Assembly (NCBI GenBank): GCA_037917155.1 | Contig: JBAIWU010000496.1 | Span: forward strand, 1-37,893 | Source: Candidatus Eiseniibacteriota bacterium | GTDB taxonomy: Bacteria > Eisenbacteria > RBG-16-71-46 | Direction of reading: 5' to 3' | DNA: 37,893 nt | Shown: in pieces, positions 1 through 8,907 of the stretch | Layout of the letters: each line of letters starts with the position of its first letter | Numbering within the stretch: the stretch's first letter is position 1 | Made by a program: the position numbers and the translations under genes | Notes under the pieces: model-generated | Told to the model about the DNA's origin: nothing | Databases searched by the model: none | Seen by the model: only the letters and a program-made list of their open reading frames with translations

Positions 1-1721
1 ACGAACGAGTCCTCGACGAACTCGTCGCCCAGCACGTTGTCGTCGAGGTGCCTGGCGAGCAACGCCTCGGCGGCCGCGGACTCCTCGTTCGAGAACACCA
101 GGCGCACGTGCGGGACCCGTCGCTTGGCGCTTCGATACCAGTCAGCCAGCGGATCGCCGGGCTGCTCGAACGGGCGCACGAGGTCGGCTGCGTAGCGCCG
201 CAGCGGCTCGAGCTCGGTGCCGAGCTTGATGAACATCTGCGCGAAGTAGCTCTGCACCACCAGCCAGGTCTCGAGCGTGTTGATGTGCTCGGCGAGGGAC
301 TTGAGGATCGACAGCGTGCCGTCGGGATTGGCCGCGTCGATCCGGGCGTACAGGCGCGTGGCGAAGCAGGTGTCCAGGCTGACGTTCGGTCCCAGCGCGA
401 TGAGGCCATCCACCGCGACGCCCGCCGCGTCCTCGTCGTGCAGCATGCGCAGGAGCTGGTCCGCGCCGGCCGAGTGCCCGACCAGCAGCACGCGCTTCGG
501 CCGGATCTCGCCCACGATCTCGCGCAGGAACATGCGCAGCACCCGCGAGTGGTCGTCGAGCCCCAGCGTCGGGCGGCGCCGTTCCTGCTTCCCGAACCCG
601 ACCAGCGTGACCGCGATCGCGCGGTGCGGCGAGGCGTTCAGGAACATGGCGAACTGGCCGCCGTCGGCGCCCAGGCCGTGCAGGAACACCACCAGGCGAT
701 CGGACGGAACCTGGTTGTCCACGTAGGTCACCGGGTAGCCGACCAGGCGGGGATTCCGCTCGGCGAGCTGCCGGACGTGCGTCGCGGTGAGCACGAACTC
801 GCGCTCGACGAGACCGCCGTCCGGGCGTCCCGCGGCTGCCGCCTCGGCCACCGGCCAGCGCAGCGCCACCCCGAGGTCGCGCGCGCTCTGCCAGCGCTGC
901 TCGGGATCCTTGACGAGGCAGGCGCGGATCACCCGATCCAGCGCGGTGGGCGCGGACGGCGTCACCTCCGTGAACGGCCGCGGCTCGTCCTTCATGATGG
1001 ACGAGATGAGCGACACCGGCGTCGCGCCGTCGAAGGCCCGCCGCCCGGTCGCCATCTCGTACAGCACGCAGCCCAGTGCCCACAGGTCGCTGCGCGCGTC
1101 CGCTTCGCGGCCCTCGAACTGCTCCGGCGCCATGTAGTGGCTCGTCCCGACGAACGTGCCCTCGACCGTGAGCGGAGTGGCGACGGTCGGCGATTGTGAT
1201 TCCGATCCCGGGCCCGTGCCCACCCGGCTCATGACCCCGGTGCGGCGCGGCTCGCGCGCCAGCCCGAAGTCCATGAGCTTGGCGCCCGAGCGGGAGAGCA
1301 TCACGTTGGCGGGCTTGAGGTCGCGGTGCACCACGCCCGCCCGGTGGGCGCGGTCGAGCGCGTCGGCGATCTCGCACCCGATCCGCACCACCTCGGCGAC
1401 CGGCAGGGGACCACGCGTGATCCGCTGCGCGAGGGATTCGCCTTCGACCAGCTCCATCACGAGGAAGTCGACGCTGCCCTCGCGGCCGAGATCGTGGAGC
1501 ACGCAGATGTGCGGGTGGTTGAGCGACGAGACGACGCGCGCCTCGCGCTCGAACCGGGCGCGGGCCTCCGGATTCCCGGACAGGTGCGTGGGCAGCACCT
1601 TGACCGCCACGTCGCGACCCAACCGCGTGTCGCGTGCGCGATAGACCTCGCCCATCCCGCCCGCTCCGAGCGGGGCCACCACCTCGTAGGGGCCCAGGCG
1701 GGTGCCGGCCGACAGTGGCAT
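1..1721 (-). CDS. Hanks-type Ser/Thr protein kinase fused to a C-terminal alpha/beta-hydrolase-like domain; 3' end runs off the window
   Basis: The minus-strand frame is open from ATG (1721-1719) to position 1, so it has no in-window stop and is absent from the ORF track. Hand translation gives MPLSAGTRLGPYEVVAPLGAGGMGEVYRARDTRLGRDVAVKVL..., then HRDLKPANVML (rc of 1311-1328), MDFGLA and HYMAPEQ. The following ~270 aa contain VVFLHGLGADG and the nucleophile-elbow LLVGHSAGAD (about 465-490). Confidence 0.85.
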   Translation of the reverse strand, partial: MPLSAGTRLGPYEVVAPLGAGGMGEVYRARDTRLGRDVAVKVLPTHLSGNPEARARFEREARVVSSLNHPHICVLHDLGREGSVDFLVMELVEGESLAQRITRGPLPVAEVVRIGCEIADALDRAHRAGVVHRDLKPANVMLSRSGAKLMDFGLAREPRRTGVMSRVGTGPGSESQSPTVATPLTVEGTFVGTSHYMAPEQFEGREADARSDLWALGCVLYEMATGRRAFDGATPVSLISSIMKDEPRPFTEVTPSAPTALDRVIRACLVKDPEQRWQSARDLGVALRWPVAEAAAAGRPDGGLVEREFVLTATHVRQLAERNPRLVGYPVTYVDNQVPSDRLVVFLHGLGADGGQFAMFLNASPHRAIAVTLVGFGKQERRRPTLGLDDHSRVLRMFLREIVGEIRPKRVLLVGHSAGADQLLRMLHDEDAAGVAVDGLIALGPNVSLDTCFATRLYARIDAANPDGTLSILKSLAEHINTLETWLVVQSYFAQMFIKLGTELEPLRRYAADLVRPFEQPGDPLADWYRSAKRRVPHVRLVFSNEESAAAEALLARHLDDNVLGDEFVEDSF

Positions 1722-2065
1722 CGTCGTTCGTGACCTCACGGGTGATGTCGCGAGCAGCTCACGTCAACGCAAGAGCGGTGAGGCCCCCGGCCTCGCCGCG
1801 AATCCCCTATCGATGCTGCTCGCGCCCGGGCGTGGCGGGGAATCTCGCGGATCGCGGAGCCGGCGAAGGCGCCCCTGCGTCCATCCGGGCAGGTGCGGCG
1901 CGGGACGCCGGCGCTTCCCGGTCCCACCGCTCGGCACTCGGCTGGTGTCCCGCGTCCCGGGATCGAGCCATCCCGTCGTGCACGCATGCCGTGCCGACCT
2001 GCGCCGGCCGGGCCCATCGCCGCCGGCGGGAACGGGTGTACGCTGCTCGCGGAGGCCGTGATCGC

Positions 2066-2614
2066 GTGATCGAGGTCGTCGTCTTCGTCGCCGGCTCTGC
2101 CGGCATCCTGGCGATGTCCTGGCGAGCCCTGCGCGTGTCGAACGCCCACGGGCGTCTGCGCTTCCTCGCGTTCGAATGCGTGCTGGCGCTCGTGCTGGTC
2201 GAGGCCCGCCGCTGGTTCGTCCGCCCGCTGGCGCCGCGTCAGCTCGTGTCCTGGCTGTTGCTCGCCTCGTCCGCATGGCTCGCGCTTCACGCCTTCGATC
2301 TCCTGCACCGGCTTGGCCGGCCTGACGCGGCACACGGCCGATCGACCGACCTGGGCTTCGAAAGGACGTCGGTGCTGGTCGCCTCGGGCGCGTACCGGTG
2401 GATCCGCCATCCCCTGTATGCCTCAGTTCTTCTCGCGGCGTGGGGTGCGTTCTGCAAAGGGCCATCGTGGGCGAGCGCGGTCCTCGCGGGGGCCGCGACG
2501 CTCCTGCTCGCGGCGACCGCTCGAGCGGAGGAGCGGGAGAACGTCGAGAAGTTCGGGGCCGCGTACGCGGAGTACACGCGCCGAACCTGGCGGTTCGTCC
2601 CGTTCGTGTACTGA
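2066..2614 (+). CDS. Isoprenylcysteine carboxyl methyltransferase (ICMT/PEMT) family membrane methyltransferase
   Basis: This is the C-terminal part of track ORF 1634..2614. It has several hydrophobic helices, WIRHPLYAS and a C-terminal AEERENVEKFGAAYAEYTRRTWRFVPFVY signature. The start is set at in-frame GTG 2066, 10 nt after GGAGG (2051-2055). The upstream part of the ORF is Arg/Ala-rich and overlaps the divergent kinase gene. Confidence 0.7.
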   Translation: MIEVVVFVAGSAGILAMSWRALRVSNAHGRLRFLAFECVLALVLVEARRWFVRPLAPRQLVSWLLLASSAWLALHAFDLLHRLGRPDAAHGRSTDLGFERTSVLVASGAYRWIRHPLYASVLLAAWGAFCKGPSWASAVLAGAATLLLAATARAEERENVEKFGAAYAEYTRRTWRFVPFVY

Positions 2615-2706
2615 GAAGGGCGAAGGATTGCCGGCGACTCGTTCGCAGGGCCCCGGCCGGCCCGGGAACCTCGAGCGGCAACGGTGACGGGGAGGCAGGA
2701 GGAACG

Positions 2707-3387
2707 ATGAGCGGATCGCACGCAGGGCTGGCCCGGAAGGTCTGGCTCCGCTTCGGGCTGGCACCGGTGGTGATGGGGTTGGTCTTCTTCCTCCCGGCCG
2801 GCACGTTGGCCTACTGGCATGGATGGGCCTACATCACGCTCCTCTGCCTCCCCATGCTGTTCGTGGTCCGGTACCTGTTCAAGAACGATCCCGAGCTGCT
2901 GGAGCGTCGCCTCTCCCAGCAGGAACCCGGGCAGGAACAGAAGCTCATCATCAAGCTCGGCAACCTCCTGTACATGGCCGCCTTCCTCCTGCCCGGGCTC
3001 GATCATCGCTTCGGCTGGTCCCATGTGCCTGCGGTGCTGGTCGTCCTGGCCGAAGCGATGGTCCTGCTGGGATACGGGGTGATCGTCCTGGTGTTCCGCG
3101 AGAACAGCTATGCGTCGCGGGTGGTCACGGTCGTGGCCGGCCAGCAGGTCATCTCCACCGGGCCCTACGCGGTGGTCCGACACCCCATGTACGCCGGGAC
3201 GATCCTCATGCTCCTGTTCACTCCCCTGGCACTCGGTTCCTATTGGGCGTTGCCGGCGTTCCTGCTCGTCGTGCCGCTGCTGGGCTGGCGCATCCTCGAC
3301 GAGGAACGGCTGCTCCTGAAGGAACTGCCGGGGTACGCCGAGTACAGGCGAAGGACCCCGTACCGACTGGTGCCGCACGTGTGGTGA
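2707..3387 (+). CDS. ICMT/PEMT family membrane methyltransferase (paralog of the preceding gene)
   Basis: ATG 2707 is preceded by GGAGGCAGGAGG (2691-2702). The product starts MSGSHAGLARKVWLRF and has TM helices, VVRHPMYAG and LDEERLLLKELPGYAEYRRRTPYRLVPHVW. Confidence 0.8.
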   Translation: MSGSHAGLARKVWLRFGLAPVVMGLVFFLPAGTLAYWHGWAYITLLCLPMLFVVRYLFKNDPELLERRLSQQEPGQEQKLIIKLGNLLYMAAFLLPGLDHRFGWSHVPAVLVVLAEAMVLLGYGVIVLVFRENSYASRVVTVVAGQQVISTGPYAVVRHPMYAGTILMLLFTPLALGSYWALPAFLLVVPLLGWRILDEERLLLKELPGYAEYRRRTPYRLVPHVW

Positions 3388-3419
3388 AGGGGCCAGGGGC
3401 ACGGGCTTCGCTCCTCCCT

Positions 3420-3453
3420 CGACGACCGAAGACGCCCGGTCTCTCGGTCGTCG
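3420..3453 (+). terminator. Strong GC-rich hairpin downstream of the second ICMT gene (candidate intrinsic terminator, no U-tract)
   Basis: Arm cgacgaccgaagac (3420-3433) pairs with gtct-c-tcggtcgtcg (3439-3453). This gives 14 bp with one bulged C (3443) and a 5-nt loop gcccg. It lies 33 nt after the TGA at 3385-3387. Confidence 0.4.
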
Positions 3454-3675
3454 CCGGACTGTGAGCGTGCTCCCATTCATCTTCGTCGCCCGCCGTCGTC
3501 TGCCGGCCGTCCGCCCGCCCCACCCGGGGGCCCGCATCACGGGGCGGTCGCGGTGCGCGCGGCCACTCGACCAGCGGCTGCGGTCGCGCCCATCCCGCGG
3601 GGACTCCCCCGCAGGTGGGCGCATCGCCGGAATCGGGAACATCGGGCGCACCTGTGGGGTAGGACGACCATCCGG

Positions 3676-6351
3676 ATGCCCCTGAGAACCTTTCGACCTC
3701 CCGATTCCATCCGCAGGCGGGCAGCCTTGCTGGTTGCCTGCCTTTCCATCTGCGCTGCGCTGCTGGTCACGCCCGACCCTGGCCCGGGGACGCGCGCCGG
3801 GACGGTGGAGACGTCCGCCCCCGCCCTATCCGACACGGGTGCCGTGACCGCCGCGCCCGATCCCCAGGCGAGGGCCGGGGTGTCGCGGCGGATCCTGCTG
3901 GGCCAGGGCTATCGCGACCTGTGGGCCATCACGTTGAGCGCGCACGTGGTCGAAGCGTCGGCCTACTCGCGCGGCGCCGCTCCGCTCGACAGTGCGGATC
4001 ACGGAGCCGCGCTGGTGCTCACGGCGGCGGATTCGAGCGTGTTCCTGTTCCGCCCGCTCGCCCACGCGCCTTCGACGGGTGGTCTGGGACCCGGTGCCTT
4101 CGCGACGAACTGGCTCGCCCGCGACGAAGAGAGCGCGTGGCACCCCGCCGGCCGGCTCGTGGCGGGCGCCCTCTATCGTGCGATCGGGGTGCTGCCCGAG
4201 AGCGCTCGCCTGGCGGTCTTCCCGCGCGATACGACGCTGGGCGATCTCGGCGGCGAATTCGCCGGCCGGCTCGGCACGCTGGAGCGGCTGCCGCGTGCCG
4301 CGACGGGCGAAGCGCCCGGCTATCCAGCGGGCACCATCGACGTCGTTCGCACGCCCGAATTGCTGGCGAGGCTCAAGGACGGGCCGGCGGACCGGGTGGA
4401 TGCCCATGCCTACCTGACCGCGCGGCTCGCCGACTTCCTGCTCGGCGGCACCGGCGCCGCGCCGCAGACCTGGACGTGGTCCGGGTGCGCCACGGGCGCG
4501 GACACCGTGTGGCGCCCGGTCCCGCTGCTCCCCGCACGCGCGTTTCCCCGGCTGGGCGGCGTGCTGCGCGGGTTGCCGCGCGAGGCCCTGCCCGCGCGCG
4601 CCGGACGCACGCTGACCGGGCCGCCCGGCGGGGATGCTGCTGCGCACGACGCGACGGATGCGCTCGACCGGCGGTTGCTGGCCGCGCTCGACCGCTCGGC
4701 GTGGGCCTCGGTGGCCGCGGGGCTCGCGACGAGGCTGAGCGACGCCGTGCTGGACTCCGTGGCGGCCGCGGTGCCCGCGGAGATGGGCCGCAAGAGCGCA
4801 TCGAACGTGCGCGCTGCGCTCCGGCAGCGGCGCGACGAGCTGGTCCATTTCGCCGCATCCGAGTACGCGCGACTGAACGAGACCGTGAACGTGTGGGGCT
4901 CGACGCGTTCGTCGTCGGTCGTGGTGGCGAGTTCCGACGCGCGCCACCTGGACGTGACGATGGCCGAGCGTGCGACGCCGGGAGCGGACGTGCCGGCGCC
5001 GTGGTTCCATCGCCGCCTCGACGCGGCGGACACGCGAGAGCTGCGGCTCTATCTGGCGGGCGCGGATACCCGCGTCGTGCTCCGCGGTACGGGAGGCGCC
5101 CCCATCGCGGTGCGTGTCGTGAGCGACGCCTCGGGTACCGAGGTCGCCGATTCGTCACGTGCCGGCGAGCTGCACGTCTACACCACGGGCGCCCCGGTGC
5201 TCGCATCCGGCCCCGGTCGGTTCCGGGTGGAGCGCCTGGCCGATCCCGGCAGCCGCTCACCGGCCGGCTTGCCGGACGAAGGGCGCGACTCGGGCGAGCG
5301 CAGCGGCTGGAAACGCGTGATCGCCCCCGGTTCGGACCGCGGGCTGCTCGTGGGCTGGCGGTTCGATCGCGAAACCTACGGCTTCGAGCAACGACCGTTC
5401 GCCAGCCGTACCGCCCTGAGCGCGCTCTATTCGCTCGGACTGCACGGCGCGGAGATCGCCCTGAGCCACGATCGGCGGCGCGCCAACTCCCGGCTCTCGG
5501 GCGGCGTACAGCTGCGCGTCTCGGGGCTCGACGTGTCGAGGTTCTACGGCTTCGGCAACTCGACGCCCGATACCGCGGCGCGGCGCGGCGCGTACGATGT
5601 GAGCCAGTCGCAGATCCAGCTGCTGCCGTACGCCGCATGGAGCGTGGGGGCTCGCACCTACCTCCGGCTGGCATTGCCGTTGAAGCTGGTCCGCACGGCG
5701 GTCGGCGCGCAGGAGCAGGGCAGCGTGCTCGACGCGGTGCGGCCCTATGGCATGGGGAGCTTCCGCGAGGCGGGCGCCCAGATCGGCCTGCTCCGGAACG
5801 GCGATCCCGCGGCTCCCGGGAGCGAAGAAGGACGGCCGCGCAGCGAACGTGTGGGCCTCGGAGGCCGCCTGCTGGCGAGTTACTTCCCCGCGGCGGGGTC
5901 GCCCTCGGCTGGCTTCGGGGTCCTCGAGGGCGACGCGGTCACGCGCTTCGAGTTGGCGTGGCGGGGCGCGCCCCGGCTCTCGTTGCGCGCAGGAGGCAAG
6001 CGTGCGTGGGGACGATACCCGTTCTTCGAGGCCGCGTTCCTGGGGGGCAGTGGCGAATTGCCGGGCACGCGCGAGCAGCGGTATGCCGGTGACGCATCGC
6101 TCTCCGGGGCGAGCGAACTGCACCTGCGCATGTGGACCCTGCGCGGGAAGCTGGCAGGCGAGATCGGGGTGCTGGGCCTGGCGGACGCGGGGCGCGTGTT
6201 CCTGGCCGGCGAGAATGCGCCGACCTGGCACGGCGTCACCGGCATGGGCCTCTGGTATGCGCCCCGTGGCGGGCGGGAGTCCTTCACGGTCGCACTCGTG
6301 AATGCCGGGGGCCGCTCCCACATCAGCACGCGCGGCGGGTTCAACTTCTAG
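3676..6351 (+). CDS. Omp85/BamA-family outer-membrane protein with a large uncharacterised N-terminal region
   Basis: Internal ATG 3676 gives a signal-like N-terminus MPLRTFRPPDSIRRRAALLVACLSICAALLV. The C-terminal ~300 aa look like a surface-antigen (D15) beta-barrel (FLGGSGELPGTREQRYAGD...GLWYAP...STRGGFNF, terminal Phe). The N-terminal ~550 aa are not recognisable to me. Confidence 0.72.
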   Translation: MPLRTFRPPDSIRRRAALLVACLSICAALLVTPDPGPGTRAGTVETSAPALSDTGAVTAAPDPQARAGVSRRILLGQGYRDLWAITLSAHVVEASAYSRGAAPLDSADHGAALVLTAADSSVFLFRPLAHAPSTGGLGPGAFATNWLARDEESAWHPAGRLVAGALYRAIGVLPESARLAVFPRDTTLGDLGGEFAGRLGTLERLPRAATGEAPGYPAGTIDVVRTPELLARLKDGPADRVDAHAYLTARLADFLLGGTGAAPQTWTWSGCATGADTVWRPVPLLPARAFPRLGGVLRGLPREALPARAGRTLTGPPGGDAAAHDATDALDRRLLAALDRSAWASVAAGLATRLSDAVLDSVAAAVPAEMGRKSASNVRAALRQRRDELVHFAASEYARLNETVNVWGSTRSSSVVVASSDARHLDVTMAERATPGADVPAPWFHRRLDAADTRELRLYLAGADTRVVLRGTGGAPIAVRVVSDASGTEVADSSRAGELHVYTTGAPVLASGPGRFRVERLADPGSRSPAGLPDEGRDSGERSGWKRVIAPGSDRGLLVGWRFDRETYGFEQRPFASRTALSALYSLGLHGAEIALSHDRRRANSRLSGGVQLRVSGLDVSRFYGFGNSTPDTAARRGAYDVSQSQIQLLPYAAWSVGARTYLRLALPLKLVRTAVGAQEQGSVLDAVRPYGMGSFREAGAQIGLLRNGDPAAPGSEEGRPRSERVGLGGRLLASYFPAAGSPSAGFGVLEGDAVTRFELAWRGAPRLSLRAGGKRAWGRYPFFEAAFLGGSGELPGTREQRYAGDASLSGASELHLRMWTLRGKLAGEIGVLGLADAGRVFLAGENAPTWHGVTGMGLWYAPRGGRESFTVALVNAGGRSHISTRGGFNF

Positions 6352-6548
6352 CGCGGCTTGCGCCGGGGCCCGGAGCGGCCTTACCGCTGCGGCGCTGGCC
6401 CGCGTGTCCGCGCAGTACGACCACTCGCCGGGCGCGGACGACGCCTCGGGCCGCCCGTCGGCACTCGTCGACCCCCGATGGCGGCGCCGAGGCGGCCGGG
6501 CGAAGGGTTCCATCCAATCCGGCCTCGCTGCCCTCCACGCGAGGTGGA

Positions 6549-7139
6549 CTAGAACGCGAAGCGTCCGCTCAGCGTCGCAACTTTGCTATCGCCCGCGCCG
6601 GCCTTGCCCTTGTCGATGCCGTAGAGAGCGCCTTCGCCACGCAGCAACACGTTCCGCGTGATGCCGTACTCGAGACCGAGCCCCAGCGCCAGGCCCGTGC
6701 CGGACTTCTTGGTCGTCCCGGTGCCCAGGGCCGAATACAGATAGCTCATCTCGGATTGCCAGAAGACGACGCCCACCCTCGCGAACGCGGAGAGGCTCTT
6801 GACGAGCGGGACTGAACCCACGGGCGTCACGTCGAATCCCGACAGCCGGGCTTCGAAGTAGTCACCGCCCATGGTCGAGACCCGCGGCTTGCCCAGGGAC
6901 AGGTAGCCCGCCTCCAACCCGAGGTGGCGTACCGCTTCGTAGCCTGCGAAGACTCGCCACGCCGAGATGCTGGGCGTCCAGTCGCCGGTGTCGAAGTTGA
7001 CGGTCCCCTGGTCGACCGTGGCGCCACCCGCACCCCCGCCCGCGCCGACGTAAGCCGCCGCGGAGCGCGCGACATCGGGCGTGCCCCAGATCATCCACAG
7101 GGCGCACGTGACCGCGAGGAATGCCAGGTTCCGGTTCAT
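6549..7139 (-). CDS. Small outer-membrane beta-barrel protein (OmpA-like/OMP_b-brl type)
   Basis: ATG 7139 is preceded by GGAGG. The N-terminus is the signal peptide MNRNLAFLAVTCALWMIWG. The protein has alternating beta-strand patterning (LGLEAGYLSLG, LALGLGLEYGI) and a C-terminal ...TLSGRFAF. Confidence 0.75.
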   Translation of the reverse strand: MNRNLAFLAVTCALWMIWGTPDVARSAAAYVGAGGGAGGATVDQGTVNFDTGDWTPSISAWRVFAGYEAVRHLGLEAGYLSLGKPRVSTMGGDYFEARLSGFDVTPVGSVPLVKSLSAFARVGVVFWQSEMSYLYSALGTGTTKKSGTGLALGLGLEYGITRNVLLRGEGALYGIDKGKAGAGDSKVATLSGRFAF

Positions 7140-7542
7140 ATCGCCTCCACTGCGGCCCCGGTGACAGCGGCCCCCATGGATCCGTGCGAAGCCGGGGAGT
7201 TCCTGCACCCCGACAGCGGAACGCAGACCGGAAGCACAATCATGCTCCCGCCGACCGCACGGCGAGCGTGGGCTCCGCGCATGGCGTCCCCCTCGGCGCA
7301 TGCGTCCCAAGGCGGACGGGGGCCCGAGCGTCGAGGTTCGGCCGTTCCCGCTCGGGAGCGAGCATGCTCCCGCCAGGGTCGAGGAGGCAACCTGCCTGCC
7401 CCCGCCGGAGCGGCGCGGTCCGTGGCAGCCGTGGACGGCCTGACCAGGCACCCGCGCCGCACCCTCCGCACCGGGAACCGCATGGGACACGTTCGGCGCA
7501 AGCCGGTGGGTGCGCCGGCATCGCCGGCCTAGAGTCGCGCGC

Positions 7543-8235
7543 ATGCCCTGGCTCGTCGTCGTGAAGCTGCTCGCTGGGTTCGTGCTCGCCGTCTATCTCG
7601 CGCGGCAGGCGGGCCGCCCCAATCGATTCGTCGGACGCTGGTTCGCCGCGCGCATGAACACCTCGCATTCGGCGCTCACGGATTGGGCGCTCGCTTCCAT
7701 CGGCGAGCTGCCGGAGGCGCGGATCCTCGATGTGGGATGCGGAGGCGGGCGTACGCTTGCGAAGCTCGTCGCGCGCTCGCGTGGCCCGGCCGCACACGGC
7801 GTGGACTTCGCGCCCGGGAGCGTGCTGCTGACACGCGAGACGAATGTCCAGGCGATCGCCCAGGGTCGTGCGAGCGTCGTGCGCGCGACCGTCTCGCGGT
7901 TGCCCTACCGGGACGCGATGTTCGGACTCGTGACCGCGTTCGAGACGCACTACTACTGGCCCACGCCCGACGCAGACCTGCGCGAGGTCGTGCGCACGCT
8001 CGCACCGGGCGGCCGCGTGCTCGTGGTGGCGGAACTCTACGCGCACGGCCCGTTCGCCGGGGCGAACCGCGCCGTGATGGCGATGCTCGGGGGACGCGCC
8101 TGGACGGAGGAGCAACACCGGCGCTGGTTCGATTCGGCGGGACTGACCGAGGTCGAGGTACGAACCGAATCGCGCCACGGCTGGATCTCGGTGAGCGGCC
8201 GGCGATCCACTGCCGGGCGCGCATCCTCGAGCTAG
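7543..8235 (+). CDS. Class I SAM-dependent methyltransferase with an N-terminal membrane anchor
   Basis: It has SAM motif I ILDVGCGGGRTL, a Methyltransf_11-like core (VDFAPGSV...LPYRDAMFGLVTAFETHYYW...LAPGGRVLV) and an N-terminal hydrophobic helix MPWLVVVKLLAGFVLAVYLA. Confidence 0.8.
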   Translation: MPWLVVVKLLAGFVLAVYLARQAGRPNRFVGRWFAARMNTSHSALTDWALASIGELPEARILDVGCGGGRTLAKLVARSRGPAAHGVDFAPGSVLLTRETNVQAIAQGRASVVRATVSRLPYRDAMFGLVTAFETHYYWPTPDADLREVVRTLAPGGRVLVVAELYAHGPFAGANRAVMAMLGGRAWTEEQHRRWFDSAGLTEVEVRTESRHGWISVSGRRSTAGRASSS

Positions 8236-8311
8236 TGAGAGTCCGCGCGGAGGCGCCCCCGTCCCCCGCACCGTTCCACCCTTCACCCGTCGCACCACAA
8301 CAGGAGGCAGC

Positions 8312-8686
8312 ATGGCGCGCGTCACCGGCATCGGCGGCATCTTCCTGCGCGCACGCGATCGCGCGGCGCTCGCGGCCTGGTATCGCGACCAGCTCGGCCC
8401 GCCCGTGCAGGCGTGGCACGGCGCTGTGTTCCCGCTCGCCGAAGCGGGCGCGCAGCAGTTCGCGCTCTGGAGCCTGTTCGCGCCGGACACCGACTACTTC
8501 GGCCCCGGCGACAAGGCCTGCATGGTGAACTTCGCCGTGGACGACCTCGACGCGCTGCTGGCGCGGCTGCGCGCCGCGGGCTGCGCGGTGGACGAGCGCG
8601 TGCAGGAGGACGAGAACGGCCGCTTCGGCTGGGTGACCGACCCCGAGGGCAACCGCGTCGAGCTCTGGCAGCCGCCGCGCCCCTGA
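8312..8686 (+). CDS. VOC (glyoxalase/bleomycin-resistance/dioxygenase) family protein
   Basis: The 124-aa product begins MARVTGIGGIFLRARD and ends ...ENGRFGWVTDPEGNRVELWQP. AGGAGG precedes the ATG. Confidence 0.85.
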   Translation: MARVTGIGGIFLRARDRAALAAWYRDQLGPPVQAWHGAVFPLAEAGAQQFALWSLFAPDTDYFGPGDKACMVNFAVDDLDALLARLRAAGCAVDERVQEDENGRFGWVTDPEGNRVELWQPPRP

Positions 8687-8907
8687 CGCCGGGCGCATCC
8701 GCGTCGCCCGTGGATGCCGGGCGATCGAGGCCTTGCGCGTCCGGGTGACAAGGCTGGCACCGTGTCGGCGCTGTTCATCGACGCGATCGCGCCGCCCGCC
8801 GATGCGCCCACGCGGCTCGCCGAACGTCGCTCCCGGTCCCAGGGCGGCCCTCGTAACGTTCGGGCTCTCGTTCAGGAGATCGCGCCACCTGCACCGGAGG
8901 ACGACCC

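Noticed and set aside
48-1377. Long ORFs 48..1199 (+), 142..1377 (-) and 277..726 (+) overlapping the first kinase gene
   Set aside because: Their translations are Arg/Ala/Pro/Gly-rich with no recognisable motifs. The third minus-strand frame gives a textbook kinase plus hydrolase-like domain, so these are GC-driven shadow ORFs.
1634-2065. N-terminal extensions implied by the ORF-track starts (1634, 2398, 3553, 7510, 9647, 28812, 34269; and 7544, 11926, 13413, 14588, 15661, 28860, 34681 on the minus strand)
   Set aside because: The extensions are Arg/Pro/Ala-rich and often overlap neighbouring genes. Internal ATG/GTG codons with GGAGG-type Shine-Dalgarno sites, followed by signal peptides or domain starts, fit better.
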